In this document: one piece after another, positions 51,138 to 64,000 of the stretch | Position numbering within the stretch: position 1 is the stretch's first letter | Layout: every line of letters begins with the position of its first letter | DNA from: Narcine bancroftii | Taxonomy: Eukaryota | Direction of reading: 5' to 3' | DNA: 64,000 nt | Assembly (NCBI RefSeq): GCF_036971445.1 | Contig: NC_091477.1 | Location: 105,524,001 to 105,588,000 of the forward strand | The notes under the pieces: generated by a model | What the model saw: only the letters and a program-made list of their open reading frames with translations | What the model was told of the DNA's origin: nothing | Databases searched by the model: none | Translations under genes and position numbers: made by a program

Positions 51138-51819
51138 TTCAGTCCAAAAAAACCCCTGGTACCGGCACCTATGGGGATTGGTAGATACCGAATAAGTGTA
51201 TTGCTTGAGAATTACAATGCCCAATTCATACACTTGCATTAAGAATAAACAGTTTAAAAGACAAAAATACTATACTGTACTTACATTAAACAAATTTCAC
51301 TTGCTTGAATATATAAATCTTACTTTAATTTCAGTCACATTCTTTGAAAACATTTAACGGTCGACATATCTGCAGGTTCCTCCCCATTCCACAGAGCCGC
51401 CCGATAGATGAACAATAACATTAACCCCGCCCTCGCCCAAGTTTACAGATAAAGCCTCTAATCAAGGCGACTCTTACTAAGCAGGGATAAGGATACATTT
51501 TAAGAGTAATCCTAATGGCGAGTGGCATCAGCCAGCTCTTCATCCTGTGAGATGCCATTGTTGTTTCATGCAACTTTATTCAGATGGTACAAGCAAAGGA
51601 TGGCCAAGGCACTCCACTGCCTGAATATTTGCTCACATTATCACCAAAGATTTGTGTTATTTCAGAGAATATTTACTGATACAATTTTAAATGTGTTTTT
51701 TACCTATTATTTTATTCTTATTTATTAAAATTTTTAAAAATATATATTCCTCAATTTTTTTTTTGCCAATTGCATGAGGAAGCCAGTTGCTTGAATTTTG
51801 GAAACCAGGGGTTTTACTG
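51138..51819. mobile_element. Tigger/pogo-like non-autonomous DNA element
   Basis: aaaacccctggta at the left end mirrors ccaggggttttactg|TA at the right end. Confidence 0.6.
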
Positions 51820-52061
51820 TACACAGGAAAGTATTGACTTGGAGTTTGATACAGACATTAAAAACCACTAAATTTAGTTGGAGTACTTTCATGTTCATGT
51901 TGGAGAAGCAGTAAGACAAATTATTGATTATGGAAGGTCAAAACAGGCAAAGATGAGATAAAGTTGAAGAGCTGGATGCCCTAAGTACAGAAGTAAAAAC
52001 TGAGAGTATGCCAGATTCTGTGAAGAATGCTTCTGATACCATTAGATTTCAGAATACTCAC

Positions 52062-52199
52062 CACTGCTGGAGATGGGACATGTATACTAGGGACTGACCG
52101 TGGTCTCACATGATTAGCCAGATGACAGAGGACAACACCATCCGTAAGTGCTGTTCCAAGATCACTTGGGAGTGAAACCTTTAACCGTGTTTCAATGTT
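52062..52199 (-). CDS. LRCH3: LRCH3 CH-domain exon
   Basis: NIETRLKVSLPSDLGTALTDGVVLCHLANHVRPRSVPSIHVPSPAV; 138 nt. Confidence 0.97.
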
Positions 52200-53610
52200 C
52201 TGAGAAATAAATCAGCGAAAAATTGTACAATTCTTGATTGTTTACAAATACATTTTATAAAAAGAAGTATACAGGATTAAGTTAGATTTTTGGTTCTGCA
52301 ACCTTGCTTAAATCCAACACAGGCTAATGGAATACATTTATTTAATTTTTACTGTTTTATAGTGAAAACATTATGTAACAATAAATATGACCCCATTGCT
52401 AATGGGGATATGAACACAAAAGAAAATCAGGTTATTATGCCAAGGATTAATCATTAAGTTGGCATTTACCTTAAAGATGGGTTGAGGTCAAAAATAAAAA
52501 TACTCTCTTTGCTACCTTAAGTACTTTTCTGGGAGAGACATGCAAATTAATGCAAGCACCAGAACCAGCTGATCAAAAGGGAAGTTTTTGGTTTCCCAAA
52601 TAATAATAATAATGCAATTTTTCTTTTCTATTCATGCAAATTGTTGGCAAAACTGGTATTTCATATCAATTTCACATAGTCTGGAGCATGTCAACTGATT
52701 TCAGAGCCTAGTTAGGAGGTAACATACTCTTGTTATGGAGACACCTAGAGTACAGCAGTAAAATAATGCATATTTATTTTCCTCAGTGAGATGATGGAAC
52801 TGGATGTATTTTTAATGCCAATGTCAATCACTGATGCCAGCTTTTCTCCTGGATTATTTAATTAACTGCTTAAAATTCTTATGCGATTTTGATGGGATTT
52901 GAACTCCAGAAGTGTAAAAGGTATTAAAACTGCTCATGTTATGAAACTGCAATCAAGAAGAATGTTAAAGAAATAATTATGAAAGTAAACAAACCTATGC
53001 CATAGAGGAGGACATCTCTGATAGTATGCTATTTTATAATACTCAGTAATTGCTTGGGGATGGTACATCTATAAATGGGAATGAACACAATCTCAGGGTT
53101 TTCAGCATGGCACACTAAAACTACTGCAACACACCTCCAGCAAAATGAGCGCAATCTCATTGTTAGTGCTGTATGGTTTGCATGTTCTGTCTGCTCCAAT
53201 GTCCCAATGAAGATGTTGATTGATTTTGAAAATTGCCTCCAATGTGTTTATGAATTATAGAGTATGTGGGGAGATAATGGGAATGTTAGGAGAATAAAAT
53301 AGCATCAGTATGAATGGTTAGGACAAACTTGGGAGGCAGAAGGGCCGGCTTCTGTGCTAAATGACTTTCGACATCAAGATCTCTAAGCTTTGTTCCAAAA
53401 GTACATTAAGAATCCAGATTTTTTTTGGCAGCGAGGGAGTAAGTGAATAAACCTGGCAGTTAGGTTCCTGGTAAGTACCACTTGGAATCATTCTGTCTTT
53501 AGTTAACTAGTATATTTCATTAACGTTCTACAATCCATCATTGGATCAATTTCTGTGAATCTATTTACTGTAGGACATGCAGTAGTGATTTAATTCTGGT
53601 AGACATTTAC

Positions 53611-53729
53611 CTTCCTTAGCTGCTGCACAACTCTCTGTTCATCCTCATATTGCTTTTGGTTCTGCAACATTATCAGTATTTCAGAATCCTGGCCAGGGCT
53701 TAGAGACGAAGAAGCAGAAAAGCTCCCAT
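53611..53729 (-). CDS. LRCH3: LRCH3 exon preceding the CH domain
   Basis: ...QKQYEDEQRVVQQLRK|gtaaat; 119 nt; phase 1-0. Confidence 0.9.
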
Positions 53730-54277
53730 CTAGAAAATAAAGTCAATTGTGCATTGGTGATTACCAGTGTTTGACATTAGATTCAATGATCTTGGACATA
53801 TTCTTGCTTCAAGTTCCTTTGTTAAGATTCAGTGGGATTAAAACTTTTTGGCTTAAAATGCGTGGTAATTCTTTTTAATCAACTGACAGTCACTCAGTTC
53901 AAACAGCAAAAACAAGAAAGGAATAACTAATTTGGGAAAAATGCAATAGGTAGTCAGTGGACAACTTGATCATCTTTTTCTTCAACATAATGCTGTTCCT
54001 GGGTCAAACTCCTCGAAGTCCCTCCATAACAGCATTGTGGATAGGCAGCTGATCATTACCTTTTCAAGTAGGGATGGGAAATACTGGCTCAAGCTAAGAT
54101 GTGCACAACTCTTGAATGTATAAAAATATAATTTTCTATTGTATCATGATACCTGCATGTATCAGAAATAGTACATACATGCAGAGAAGTGAAAAATTGC
54201 ATGGACCATCATTGCCGCCTGATACAGTTTTCAATAATCAACTGAGTTGGGTGAAATTTACTTTCAATCAGACCCAC

Positions 54278-54394
54278 CTTTTTTCATTTCATCCCGCATG
54301 GCTGCTCTCAAGAGGAAGCTCTCAGGTCGGTAAGCTTGAGTGGACTGTTTGTAAAAGTGGGGAGAAGAACTAGGATAAGGAGAACCAGGCTGGG
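54278..54394 (-). CDS. LRCH3: LRCH3 symmetric exon
   Basis: QPGSPYPSS...RPESFLLRAAMRDEMKKG; 117 nt; phase 1-1. Confidence 0.85.
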
Positions 54395-55883
54395 CTACAG
54401 CCAGACAAAAGGGTATAAGAATGAGCAGAATTTGAAGATAATGTTAAGAAACAAAGTTCGATTAACATTAGTTGGAACAGGGGAAGAGACAGAGATGGAA
54501 ATGAAAAAGAAAAAACAAATATTAAAATAACATAAACACTATAATTTAGGTTGAATGATGATTTGATACATTTGTAATAAGTTGGTTTAAATGTAATGAT
54601 GTTTTTTTTTTAATTGGGGATAACTCGGTTTTCAATTTCACACCTATTACCATTTGCTTTCTTCATTCAATTTTCCCAAACCTATTAATGCATTTCTAGC
54701 CGTTTATAATTTTCACTTTTAATTTCCAACTTTAGAAGAATTTAGAAACAGATTGTTTTGTGAATTGATTACATACTGCATACCCATATTTTTGACAGCT
54801 TGACTCAAAAGTGTATCATTTTATTTTTCTGCTTCAAAAGTTCAAAGACAACATCACTATGTTTTTTTCCCCCCATTGGCAATTCAAAAGTAGCCACAAG
54901 CTACTTAACTGAGAAAAGAAAGGGTGATATAGACAAGCTTTAACAGCACAAACAAGAAGTACAAAACACTTACCATGTAATCTATTTCACCTTTAAGCCA
55001 AATGATATTGAGACAAATTGAATTATACCAATGTAGGGCCAAATGTCATCACTGAAGTAAGCACAGATCTAGATGGTCAGTATCACCCAAACATTATGCC
55101 CCAAAAGAACTAATAACTCTATTTATATTCTTACTCATGAGTCCATCATCAGTCTATCAGGAAATGTGAAGCTATGCTGAGCTATGCTCAGAGACTGATT
55201 ACTGCAAAGTGTTTTAAAGTTTTATGAACAAACTGTGACATTACTAGACTTAATAAGCATTTTGAAACACCTGCCATGATTATTTTGTTAACCAGGTGGA
55301 TAGATAATATTAGATAATAAAATCCCATAACTGAACTTTGATCTGTGTGTAATACAAAGCAAAAATTCTGGAGCAGCTCAACAATTAATACGGCATTCTT
55401 TATGTAGCAAACATAAAGATAAACAACCAACACTTCGGGCCTGAACCCTTCATCAAAGTATGAACAAAAAGCAGGCAGGCGCCTGAATAAAATGGTGAGG
55501 GGAGGAGCACAGGTTCACAGGCAAAAGGTCATAGGTGGATATGGGTGGGAGAGCATAAGAGAAAAAAAAGCTAATAAGTGATGGGGGAGGGGATAACTGA
55601 ATAGAGAGGGAAGGGGGATAGAGAGCTGAAGAAAAGGAGAAAAAGGCTGAAACTTCTCCGGTTTCCATTAGGACCCGGCCCTGTCTCCCTCTCTTCACCA
55701 TCGCTCTTTTGTGTAAACTACTATCACAGCATCTGCAGATTTTCTTGTTTAACTTAATACAATGCAGTAATGTTTAAAAATAAGTATTTTACTTCACATC
55801 AAAAGAAGAAAACACAATATACACTATTTCATTTATATAGTCAGGGAAACTGCAGAATGTTTTTGATATAGGTTTTCTCTTAC

Positions 55884-55944
55884 CCATATGTACAGATGAT
55901 TGAGTAGTAGAGGCACTTGATGAGAGAGCTGCTTTGTCTTCATT
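55884..55944 (-). CDS. LRCH3: LRCH3 exon
   Basis: ccttacag|NEDKAALSSSASTTQSSVHM|gtaaga; 61 nt; phase 0-1. Confidence 0.8.
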
Positions 55945-56729
55945 CTGTAAGGAAAAGGTATGATTTTTAAAAAAAAGTAGCAGATATGCCACACTAAAAG
56001 AAAAAGAAATATGGTGCAAATTTATGGAGCTTCAAACAATGCTTCCAAATAGCAGAGCTTGGGCAATCAGCCACTGTCCAATACATCTTGCTTCCTCTTC
56101 AATTCCAAACCATGTCATCATCTTGGTATTCCGTTGGAACAAAGCAGTGACTTAGAGCATAAAATGGAACTGAGATTAGTTAATTCTATAAAAGATTTTG
56201 GTTAAATGTAATAGTTAAAGTTAAAAGCTTTAGCAATCCCTTTGTGCTTTGCATGCTATAATAAGATTTTGTAATTTTGGCCAGTCAGCCTGTGGAGGCC
56301 TGAGTAGCAGCCTTGATCAACATTTACTTCCCTCTCAAAACAATTTTAATTCTATAACTAACATTTGACTGAAGGTGCAATACAATATAATTAGTATTTG
56401 TAAATGATTGAAACTACCAAGCAGTAAAATCTACTTATACCATTGCATATTATCATGTTTTTTTTAAAAACAGGATGCCTATGGTAGGGCAATAGCAGGC
56501 TGCAGTAATCCATTCATACCAGTGAAAACACAAAACCTGTAATTGGAAGTAGAAAGAATCAGGTGGGGCTGCCACTTTACTATCCACTGAATTCAGTTGG
56601 GAAACAAAGCTGATGACTGATTCGAGCCAGTTAAGGTATTTCTAAATAAAGATCACTGTGCAGACATGCAATCAAAGAAATGGGTCTTGGTTGAGACAAA
56701 CTAATGCCTAAAAATTACAGAATAGCTAG

Positions 56730-58230
56730 TCAATAGTCAAACTAAGAAGGTAATTAGGAAGGAAAAGATGAATTATGAAAGGAGGTTAGCAAGCAATATC
56801 AAAGAGGATACTAAAAACTTAAAAAAATAATATAGAGTAAAACAGTAAGTGAAATAGACATAGGATCGGTAGAAAATGACGCTGGAGAAATTGTAATGGG
56901 AGACAAGGAGAAGGCAGAGAAACTGAATGTATATTTTTGATCAGTCTTCACTGTGGAAGACAATAATAGCATACTGGGATCTCGTGGCTCTCTCAGAAGA
57001 GAAGTGAGTGTGGTCAAGATCACGTGAGAGTAGGTACTTGGGAAGCTACCCTCGGCAGTAGAGATTGTGGACGCATTGGAAAAGACCTTCCAGGAATCAA
57101 TGGAGTCTGGTATGGTTCCTGTGGACTGGAGGATCATTAATGTCGCTCCGCTATTTAAGAAGGGAGTAAGGCAACAGAAAGGAAATTATAGACTTATTAG
57201 CCTGACATCAGTGGTTTGGAAGCTGCTGGAGTCAATTGTCAAAGGTGAGGTTAGGGAATTCCTGGAGGAGCATGAAAAGATAGGTCCAAGTCAGCATTAT
57301 TTCCTTAAAGGAAAATCATGCCTGACAAACCTATTACAATTTTTTGAAGAGATCACAAATAGGATAGACAAAAGCCTTCAACAAGGTGCCACACATAAGG
57401 CTGAAAAACAAGATGACAGCCCATGGAATTATTGTAGAGGAAGGATACTAGCATGGCTAGAGCATTGGCTGATTAACAGGAAACAAAGAGTAAAAATAAA
57501 GGGTTCCTATTCTGGTTGGCCATCACTTACCAGTGGTCTGCAGGGGTCAATGTTGGGGCTGCTTCTTTTCACATTGTATATAAATGATTTGAATTATAGA
57601 ATAGATGGCTCTGTGTCTAAATTTGCAGATGATACCAAAATAGGTGGTAAGTGCTGAGGATACTGAAAGACTACAGAGAATTGGAAAAATTAGGAGAATC
57701 GGAAAAGTGGTGGCAGATGAAATATAATGTTGGAAAGTGTACAGTTATGTACTATTGGCATTCATTTCTAGAGGAATAGGATACAAGAGCAGGCATCTAA
57801 TGTTGAGACTCTATAAAGCACTAGTGAGACCTCACTTGGAGTACTATGTACCGTTTTGAGTGCCTTATTTGAGAAAAGACATTCTGGTGTTGGAGAGGAT
57901 TTAGAGATTTACTAGAATGATACCAGGAATCATATGAGGAATGATTGTCGGCTCTTGGACCGTACTCATTGGAGTACAGAAGGATGAGGGTGGGGGGGGG
58001 GAGAATCTCAGAAGCATTTCAAATGCTGAAGGCCCTGGACTGACCAGATGTGGTAAGAATGTTTCCCATGGTAGGGGATTCTCTGACAAGAGGGCATTAT
58101 TTCAGGTTAAAAGGACATCAATTTAAAACAGAGATGTGGAAAATTTTCTAGAAATTGTGAATCTTTTTGCTACAGGCAGCTGTGGAAGCGAGGTCATTCG
58201 GTGATTTTAAGGCAGAGATTGACAGATACT
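56730..58230 (+). mobile_element. CR1 LINE fragment with internal deletions
   Basis: VPVDWRIINVAPLFKKG..NYRLISLTSVV..KSCLTNLLQFFE..SKFADDTKIGG. Confidence 0.9.
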
Positions 58231-60530
58231 GATTTGGAAATAAAGCAACTGAAAGCAAAACCTAAACTGTACAATTTCCACAGGTACAATTCTCTACTTA
58301 CCCATGGTGAAAAATTTATAACACCAGAAAATGCAAATACCAAAGACTTTTTGACTCTGTGGCTTTATTAATGAACACATTGTGTGGGAGGGAATTAAGA
58401 CGACAGGAATCTAATTCATCACAGCAAGTTTTTAAATAACCATTCAAAATATTTAACTGAAATGATTACATGTACCAGCTTGGTTTATTATCTAAAATTT
58501 TCTAAGGCACAAGCAGACAAACACAATATTGTCCAGCAGAGACCATGAATTTTTAGAAAGTGAAAGCTTTATGGACCAAGTGGCAAACCAACAGCCACAG
58601 AATATGGTGAATGAATTATTGAGGATATTTCAGCAATCTTAATACCAATTCATGCTAACAGAAGGTATGTGGACCCTCTTTGAGTGGTAATGTCATGATG
58701 TGAATTGGCACAGTCTAGTTATTTTTATTATGTGGAAACAGGTTACATCTTTTGCTGATTTCTCACTTTTGCCTTTATGATGGAAACGTGGCCATTGACG
58801 AAGTTGAAGTAGTTGAAGATATATGGATTCCATCTCTGCTTATTAGGCAAATTCCTTCCACAGAACTGCAGAACACTACAGCACAGAAACAGGCCTTTTG
58901 GTCCATCTAATCCATGTCAAAGTATTATTCCAGCTAGTCTCACTGATCTGTTCCCAGATCACAGCCTTCCATACTCCTTCCATCCACGTTCCTATCCAAA
59001 CTTTTCTTAAATGACAAAATCGAGCCCACATTCACTACTTCAGTTGGCAGCTCATTCCGGACTCTCACCACACACGAAGATCACTCTAATGTTTAATTTC
59101 ACCCTTCAGTCTTAACTCATCCTCTAGTTCTTATATCACCTAACCTCAGTTGCAACAGTAAATAAACGTCTTCCTTTGTGCAAGACATGACTCCAATCAA
59201 CCTTGAGCTTTCACCAATTCTCAATGACTCCAATAATATCATGGCTCCATAAAATTGGCTATATTTCATTGTAGACTGAATCCAGAGCAGAACAAGACTG
59301 ATCAGCTTTCATTATTTAAATCAAAGCTTTTGTTGTGAACAATTCATTGAAGAGAAGAATGACCACCTTTGAAGAATAGTAACAAATTCCCTTCTTATCA
59401 ATCTTTCACTTTAGTAGAAATAAGATATTGTATCCATGTGGTTTTGACTATACAACATTTTCTCACATATAGAACAATATGAGCAATATAATTATAAAGG
59501 ATCATATTTCACTTTATTAAATAGAAATGATGTTTTCCTTTCCTCGTGACCTTAATTGACATTCGGGTTAAAATCTATAACCTGGAACAGTGGGGGGAGT
59601 AATGCACGACATTGGTTGGGGGAGGGGTTGGTGGGTGGGGAGGATGGAGGGAGAGGAGAATAGCTTTTAGTATCTGGGGCGAAATAATTGTACCTAACAA
59701 TGAAAAATAACTTGAGGCAAATAAGTCAGGATGTTTATTACAAGGAAAGATCTGATCTGCCATTGAATATTTGAAAATTAACATTTTAATTTATTTAAGT
59801 CTATTTCATTGCCATGTGAGGAGATTGTGACAGGATTAATCTTTGAGAGAATAATTGCCTAATAAGTTCTATTTCCTTATTTCAATTTACATTTCTGCAG
59901 CAAAACACGCAGTTCAAAGAAAACAAGCAAAAAAAATTCTGTATAAAGAAAATGAATGAAATGTAAAATACTGCAATTTGTGGAAGTACTAAAATTCTGA
60001 TCCAGAACCTTACTGGTTACTAACCTTAGGAAATGGTTTCAATGTTCAAAGATTACTATTTCGAGCAATGAATTAATATGGTGTCTAGTTAGAATATTTC
60101 ATTAAAATTTCATGTACATTGGGCAAAGTTAAAGATGAAGCTAATTGTCAAAAGTTTTCCATTTCAAATGTTAGTTTTCACATGCAGATTGAGTAGAATC
60201 TTTCACCAGCCCATTCCAAAGCCTAAACAATTAAATCTTCATTTTTTTTTTCTATACATTGTTTGTATTGTCATTTATTTTAAAATGTTTGAAGACCAAT
60301 AATCATTTTATCCTTTCCTGATTTACATCTCTCTCAAACGATACAGGACAAAAATTTAGCAGTGTCAACTCCATTTACCTTGATTATTTTTCTTTTTGTC
60401 TTTTGTAAAAGAATATTGTAAATTTGGTCTTGTGAAAGAAGCCATACTCACTTATCACATCAGGCAAAGAATATAAAAGAGAACAAGAATCAAAACAAAG
60501 CCACAAACTCCACACAAGCTGCTTAGTCAC

Positions 60531-60611
60531 CTTGCTGTGAGAGCCAGGCCTCCGTTTAATGGTATTGGTGTTATTGTCAATCTCAAAGAAGAAGTGCGGT
60601 TCAAAGCCATT
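60531..60611 (-). CDS. LRCH3: Probable LRCH3 exon
   Basis: ctctctgtaacag|NGFEPHFFFEIDNNTNTIKRRPGSHSK|gtgact; 81 nt, open, phase 0-0. Confidence 0.6.
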
Positions 60612-61519
60612 CTGTTACAGAGAGAAGCAGAGGAGAAAGCTTTAAGCATGAGAGTCCAACAGCTTTTAAAAAAAATCGGCAAGGGACAGCCTGAGGATGC
60701 CTAGCATATTCTGGTTTATATCAATTACTAAAGTTTGGTCTGGGATTCACAGATGATGTCAGAATTGCATAATAAAAAGTTGCTGCCATAGGTCAGCATC
60801 AAAATAAATATAAACCCATTTCCTAGGTTTTAAGAAAATAGAATTTAAAAAAATTCTACCAAAATTGCTTGATACTAGAGAATCAATAGCCAATCGCTAT
60901 TCTGGAAGAATTGATATCATCCTATTTCTTAGAAAGTTTTGGATTTAAATAGAAATTTTATGCTCAACGCAAACATTGCTTCAGTACTTCTTCCTAGATT
61001 TGTACACTAAACAGTATCAAAGATTTCAGGACAGAAATCATTATTGATCAGCAACCACTCACTTATGTACATCTTATTACCACGACAGTACTCCAATGGA
61101 CAGTTTTACAATGAACTGAATGGCACACTAAGTAAGCATTGATTAAAAAAAACTCGAAGTAAAGTTAATACCAGAATTATTAAATTTGTAGGAGGTTTTC
61201 AAAATAAAAATTCTGAAACAAAATTTATATTAAGATCTTTTTCTACCTGTGAATGGTTCAATGTGCCATTGTAACACTGTCACCATGAAATAATTTTAGG
61301 ACACATTTTATTCATTTTTTTTCCAAATAGCAAGTCTAACAGTCAAGAAAAGGAGCAATGAATGTTTTAGTAAAGATGGCTGAAAACATTTATTGGAAGT
61401 TCCCTTCATAATAGAAAAACAAAATCCATTCTATTCCATTTTTCATCACAGATTTCAAAGTTGCATTAATTGTAACAGTCATTTTCACCTATTTCAAACA
61501 GAACAATCCATATATACCC

Positions 61520-61940
61520 AGATGGAGCAACTCAGTTACAAAGAGAGATTGTATCGGCTTTTCTGTTTTCTTTAAGCCAAGAAGACTGAAGGGGGACATG
61601 ACAGAGGTGTACAAAATTGCAAGCATAGATAGGGTAGACAGTGATGAATGTTCCCTACAGCAGAGAGGTATCTATATGAGATAAGTTTAGGGAGTAAAAA
61701 GTTTCAAGGGGATACAAAGAACATTTTTTTTTAATCTAAAGGGTAGTTGGAGTTTGGAATGCATTGTCTGACAGGGTGCTGGAAGCAGAGATTCTCACAA
61801 CATTTTTCTGCAGGTGCACTTGAATCACCAGGCATGGAGGTTTATGGACTAAGTATTGGTAATTAGGATTTTAAAAATGGGAGCAGGATAGTTGGCATGG
61901 ACATCGTAAAGCAAAGGGGTTGTTTCTCTGGTATACGACT
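61520..61940 (+). mobile_element. CR1 3' fragment
   Basis: LSYKERLYRL..RRLKGDMTEVYKI. Confidence 0.7.
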
Positions 61941-62649
61941 ACAAGCTTTCAGCTAATCCCTTCAGGAAAATCAGAGCCAGCACCACAAGGCTGAGAAGCA
62001 AATTCTTCCCGCGGACAATGAGAATGCTGAACCAAAGGAACTGCTCACACTAACCATCCGAGACTCTAATATTACTAAACAATTGTTTGCCTGTATGCGT
62101 GTTTGGTGCCAAAGACCAGAGAATGCTGTTTCGTCAGGTTGTACTTGATAATAAAATGAAAGACCTGATAATGGCGAGTATTTCAAAACGTTGAGACGAT
62201 TATCCGATATTTCACAAAAAAGAAAATTCTCTCTCTCGTTCTCTGTCACTTTTGTGAACCCAATGTTAAGTTTCTAGTTCTGCTTGATAAACTGCCTCTC
62301 TAATAACGATTTTGGAATTCATTGAACAAATCACCAATGGTTGATCTTGAGAACACGCACCATATGACCAATATGGATGAAAAAAAATCTGCAAAATTCA
62401 ATGTTTTTGTAAACTGACTTTTATTTCCCCTATATTTTTGGCGCAACCCATTAGTTCTTCTTCTGTTGCATCTGAGGAGAAGTAATAAAAGTATCATGTA
62501 ACTGCTCGAGCAGTTTTTAATGAGAAATAGAAATGGTGCCAATACTCATGATTACAGCTTTACAACTGGGTTAATTAACCAACATTAGAATAAAGGGATT
62601 GAATAATTTTATTTATATTATGTATATTCACCAGTTTTTATTGGATATA

Positions 62650-63060
62650 ATTTTGGAATTATCTCCCTCCCCTATTGACATCATTTATCGGGATTGTTGT
62701 ATGAAAAGGGGGTGCAAAATCATAGAGGACCCTTCCACCCCGCACACAGCATCTTTCAGCTGCTCCTGTCGGGAAAGTGATACAGGAGTAACAGAGCCAG
62801 CACCACCAAGCTGAGGAACAGTTTCTTCCCTCGGGCATTGAGAATGCTGAACGACCAAAGGAACTGCTCTCACATTAACTACCTGAGACACTCATATTCG
62901 ATGAAAAATGCTTATTTATTTATTTACTTGAACATATGAATACTTGTCTTGCTTGTGTGTTGTTTGTCTGTACGTGTTCTGTGTTTGCATGCTTTGCACC
63001 TCGGACCAGAGAACACTGCTTCGTCAAGTTGTACTATCAGATGTCAATAAACTTGACTTG
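62650..63060 (+). mobile_element. Rex1-type LINE 3' end
   Basis: KIIEDPSTPH..FQLLLSGK; aataaacttgacttga tail; related fragment at ~61970-62170. Confidence 0.7.
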
Positions 63061-64000
63061 AGAATTCAAGACGTAGCAAATAAACTGAAACTGACATTGG
63101 TCAAAAATATCCGCCACATGCTGATCATTAATTATAAAAGTGTCCCAGAGTTAGGACCTGGGAGCAAGAAAAACATTTGAAATTAATATTTTAAAAGCAT
63201 AATGCTGTAAATAACACAACACAAACTATTTTACAAGAATTCCTGAATTTCAGTAAACCCATAAATCCAGCATGACTTCATATTATTTCATTAATCCTTA
63301 GTGGACTAAACGAAGTGTAATTTAATCGTACATGATTGCAAACTGCAGGCAATACCCAGTTAATGAATGTCCTGATTTAGAAATTTTATGCTGAAATTTG
63401 TACAAATTTTTGAAGCAAATTGAGCTTCTATAACTTTATAGCAGAGCTTCTCAAGTCTGTGAAACAAATGAAGTGATTTGGAGTTAGCCAGTGTCATCAG
63501 AGCCTGACTGTGTAGTTGTATGTTGTTGAGTCAGGGCTAGACCTTCTGCAGAAATTCTCTGCCTGCTACAGGTGGATGGATTGGAGTGCTACTGTGGGGG
63601 CTGCTGGTGGCCTTTATTATTCTGAGCGGTTGGGAGATCAGTGGGATAGTTGAAGATGGATTTACCAGTTGCTACATGGATATATGCATCTTCTGCCAGT
63701 TGGGAACTGACATTTCCCCATGCGCACTCCTTTTCCCGCGAGCCACAGCAACAGTTGAGATCTTCAGAGCTGGGGACACTAAACATACTTGCTAAGAATC
63801 AGTGAAAACAACTGGTGGTTTGCTTTTCGTGTGTCCTACTTGCGTCTCATAACAATTGTTGTGATCCTCAGGTTCAGGGTTGAGCTATGGGCATTTTCCT
63901 TTTTGTCAGGTGTATGGAACAGTCCCTGTTTCAATCGTATTCAGGTATCACTTCCCAACTATATTGATGCTATCTTCTGTACCCATGTAAAAGTTGACAA

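Noticed and set aside
57067-57657. 196-aa RT-like ORF as a possible domesticated gene
   Set aside because: Internally deleted, frameshifted CR1 remnant
63480-64000. GC-balanced segment with short ORFs on both strands
   Set aside because: No clear splice sites or LRCH similarity; probably an unclassified old repeat

Overview
Vertebrate genomic DNA from a draft assembly with two N-gaps (12983-13733, 16565-16726). The repeat content (CR1, Rex1/L2, L1/Tx1, Penelope, HE1/V-SINE, Tc1) points to a cartilaginous fish, probably a ray. Four spliced genes were built by hand from GT/AG boundaries and phase checks: (1) first coding exon of a C2orf72-like gene (minus, 669-1371); (2) complete RPL35A (minus, 5 exons, 110 aa, 5'TOP); (3) complete IQCG/DRC9 (plus, 10 coding exons, 425 aa), head-to-head with RPL35A across a ~250-bp promoter containing an RFX X-box; (4) the 3' part of LRCH3 (minus), with the CH domain and two alternative last exons (membrane-anchored vs soluble). 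Highlights: a dispersed Penelope-derived family whose copies carry a minimal hammerhead-ribozyme-like core; a TAA in the soluble LRCH3 tail directly before an in-frame STV* PDZ-type motif; a 145-bp inverted duplication and a ~440-bp palindrome in IQCG introns; and two L1/Tx1 insertions that share a TC|AATG target. Homology calls come from recalled protein and repeat families, not from database searches.
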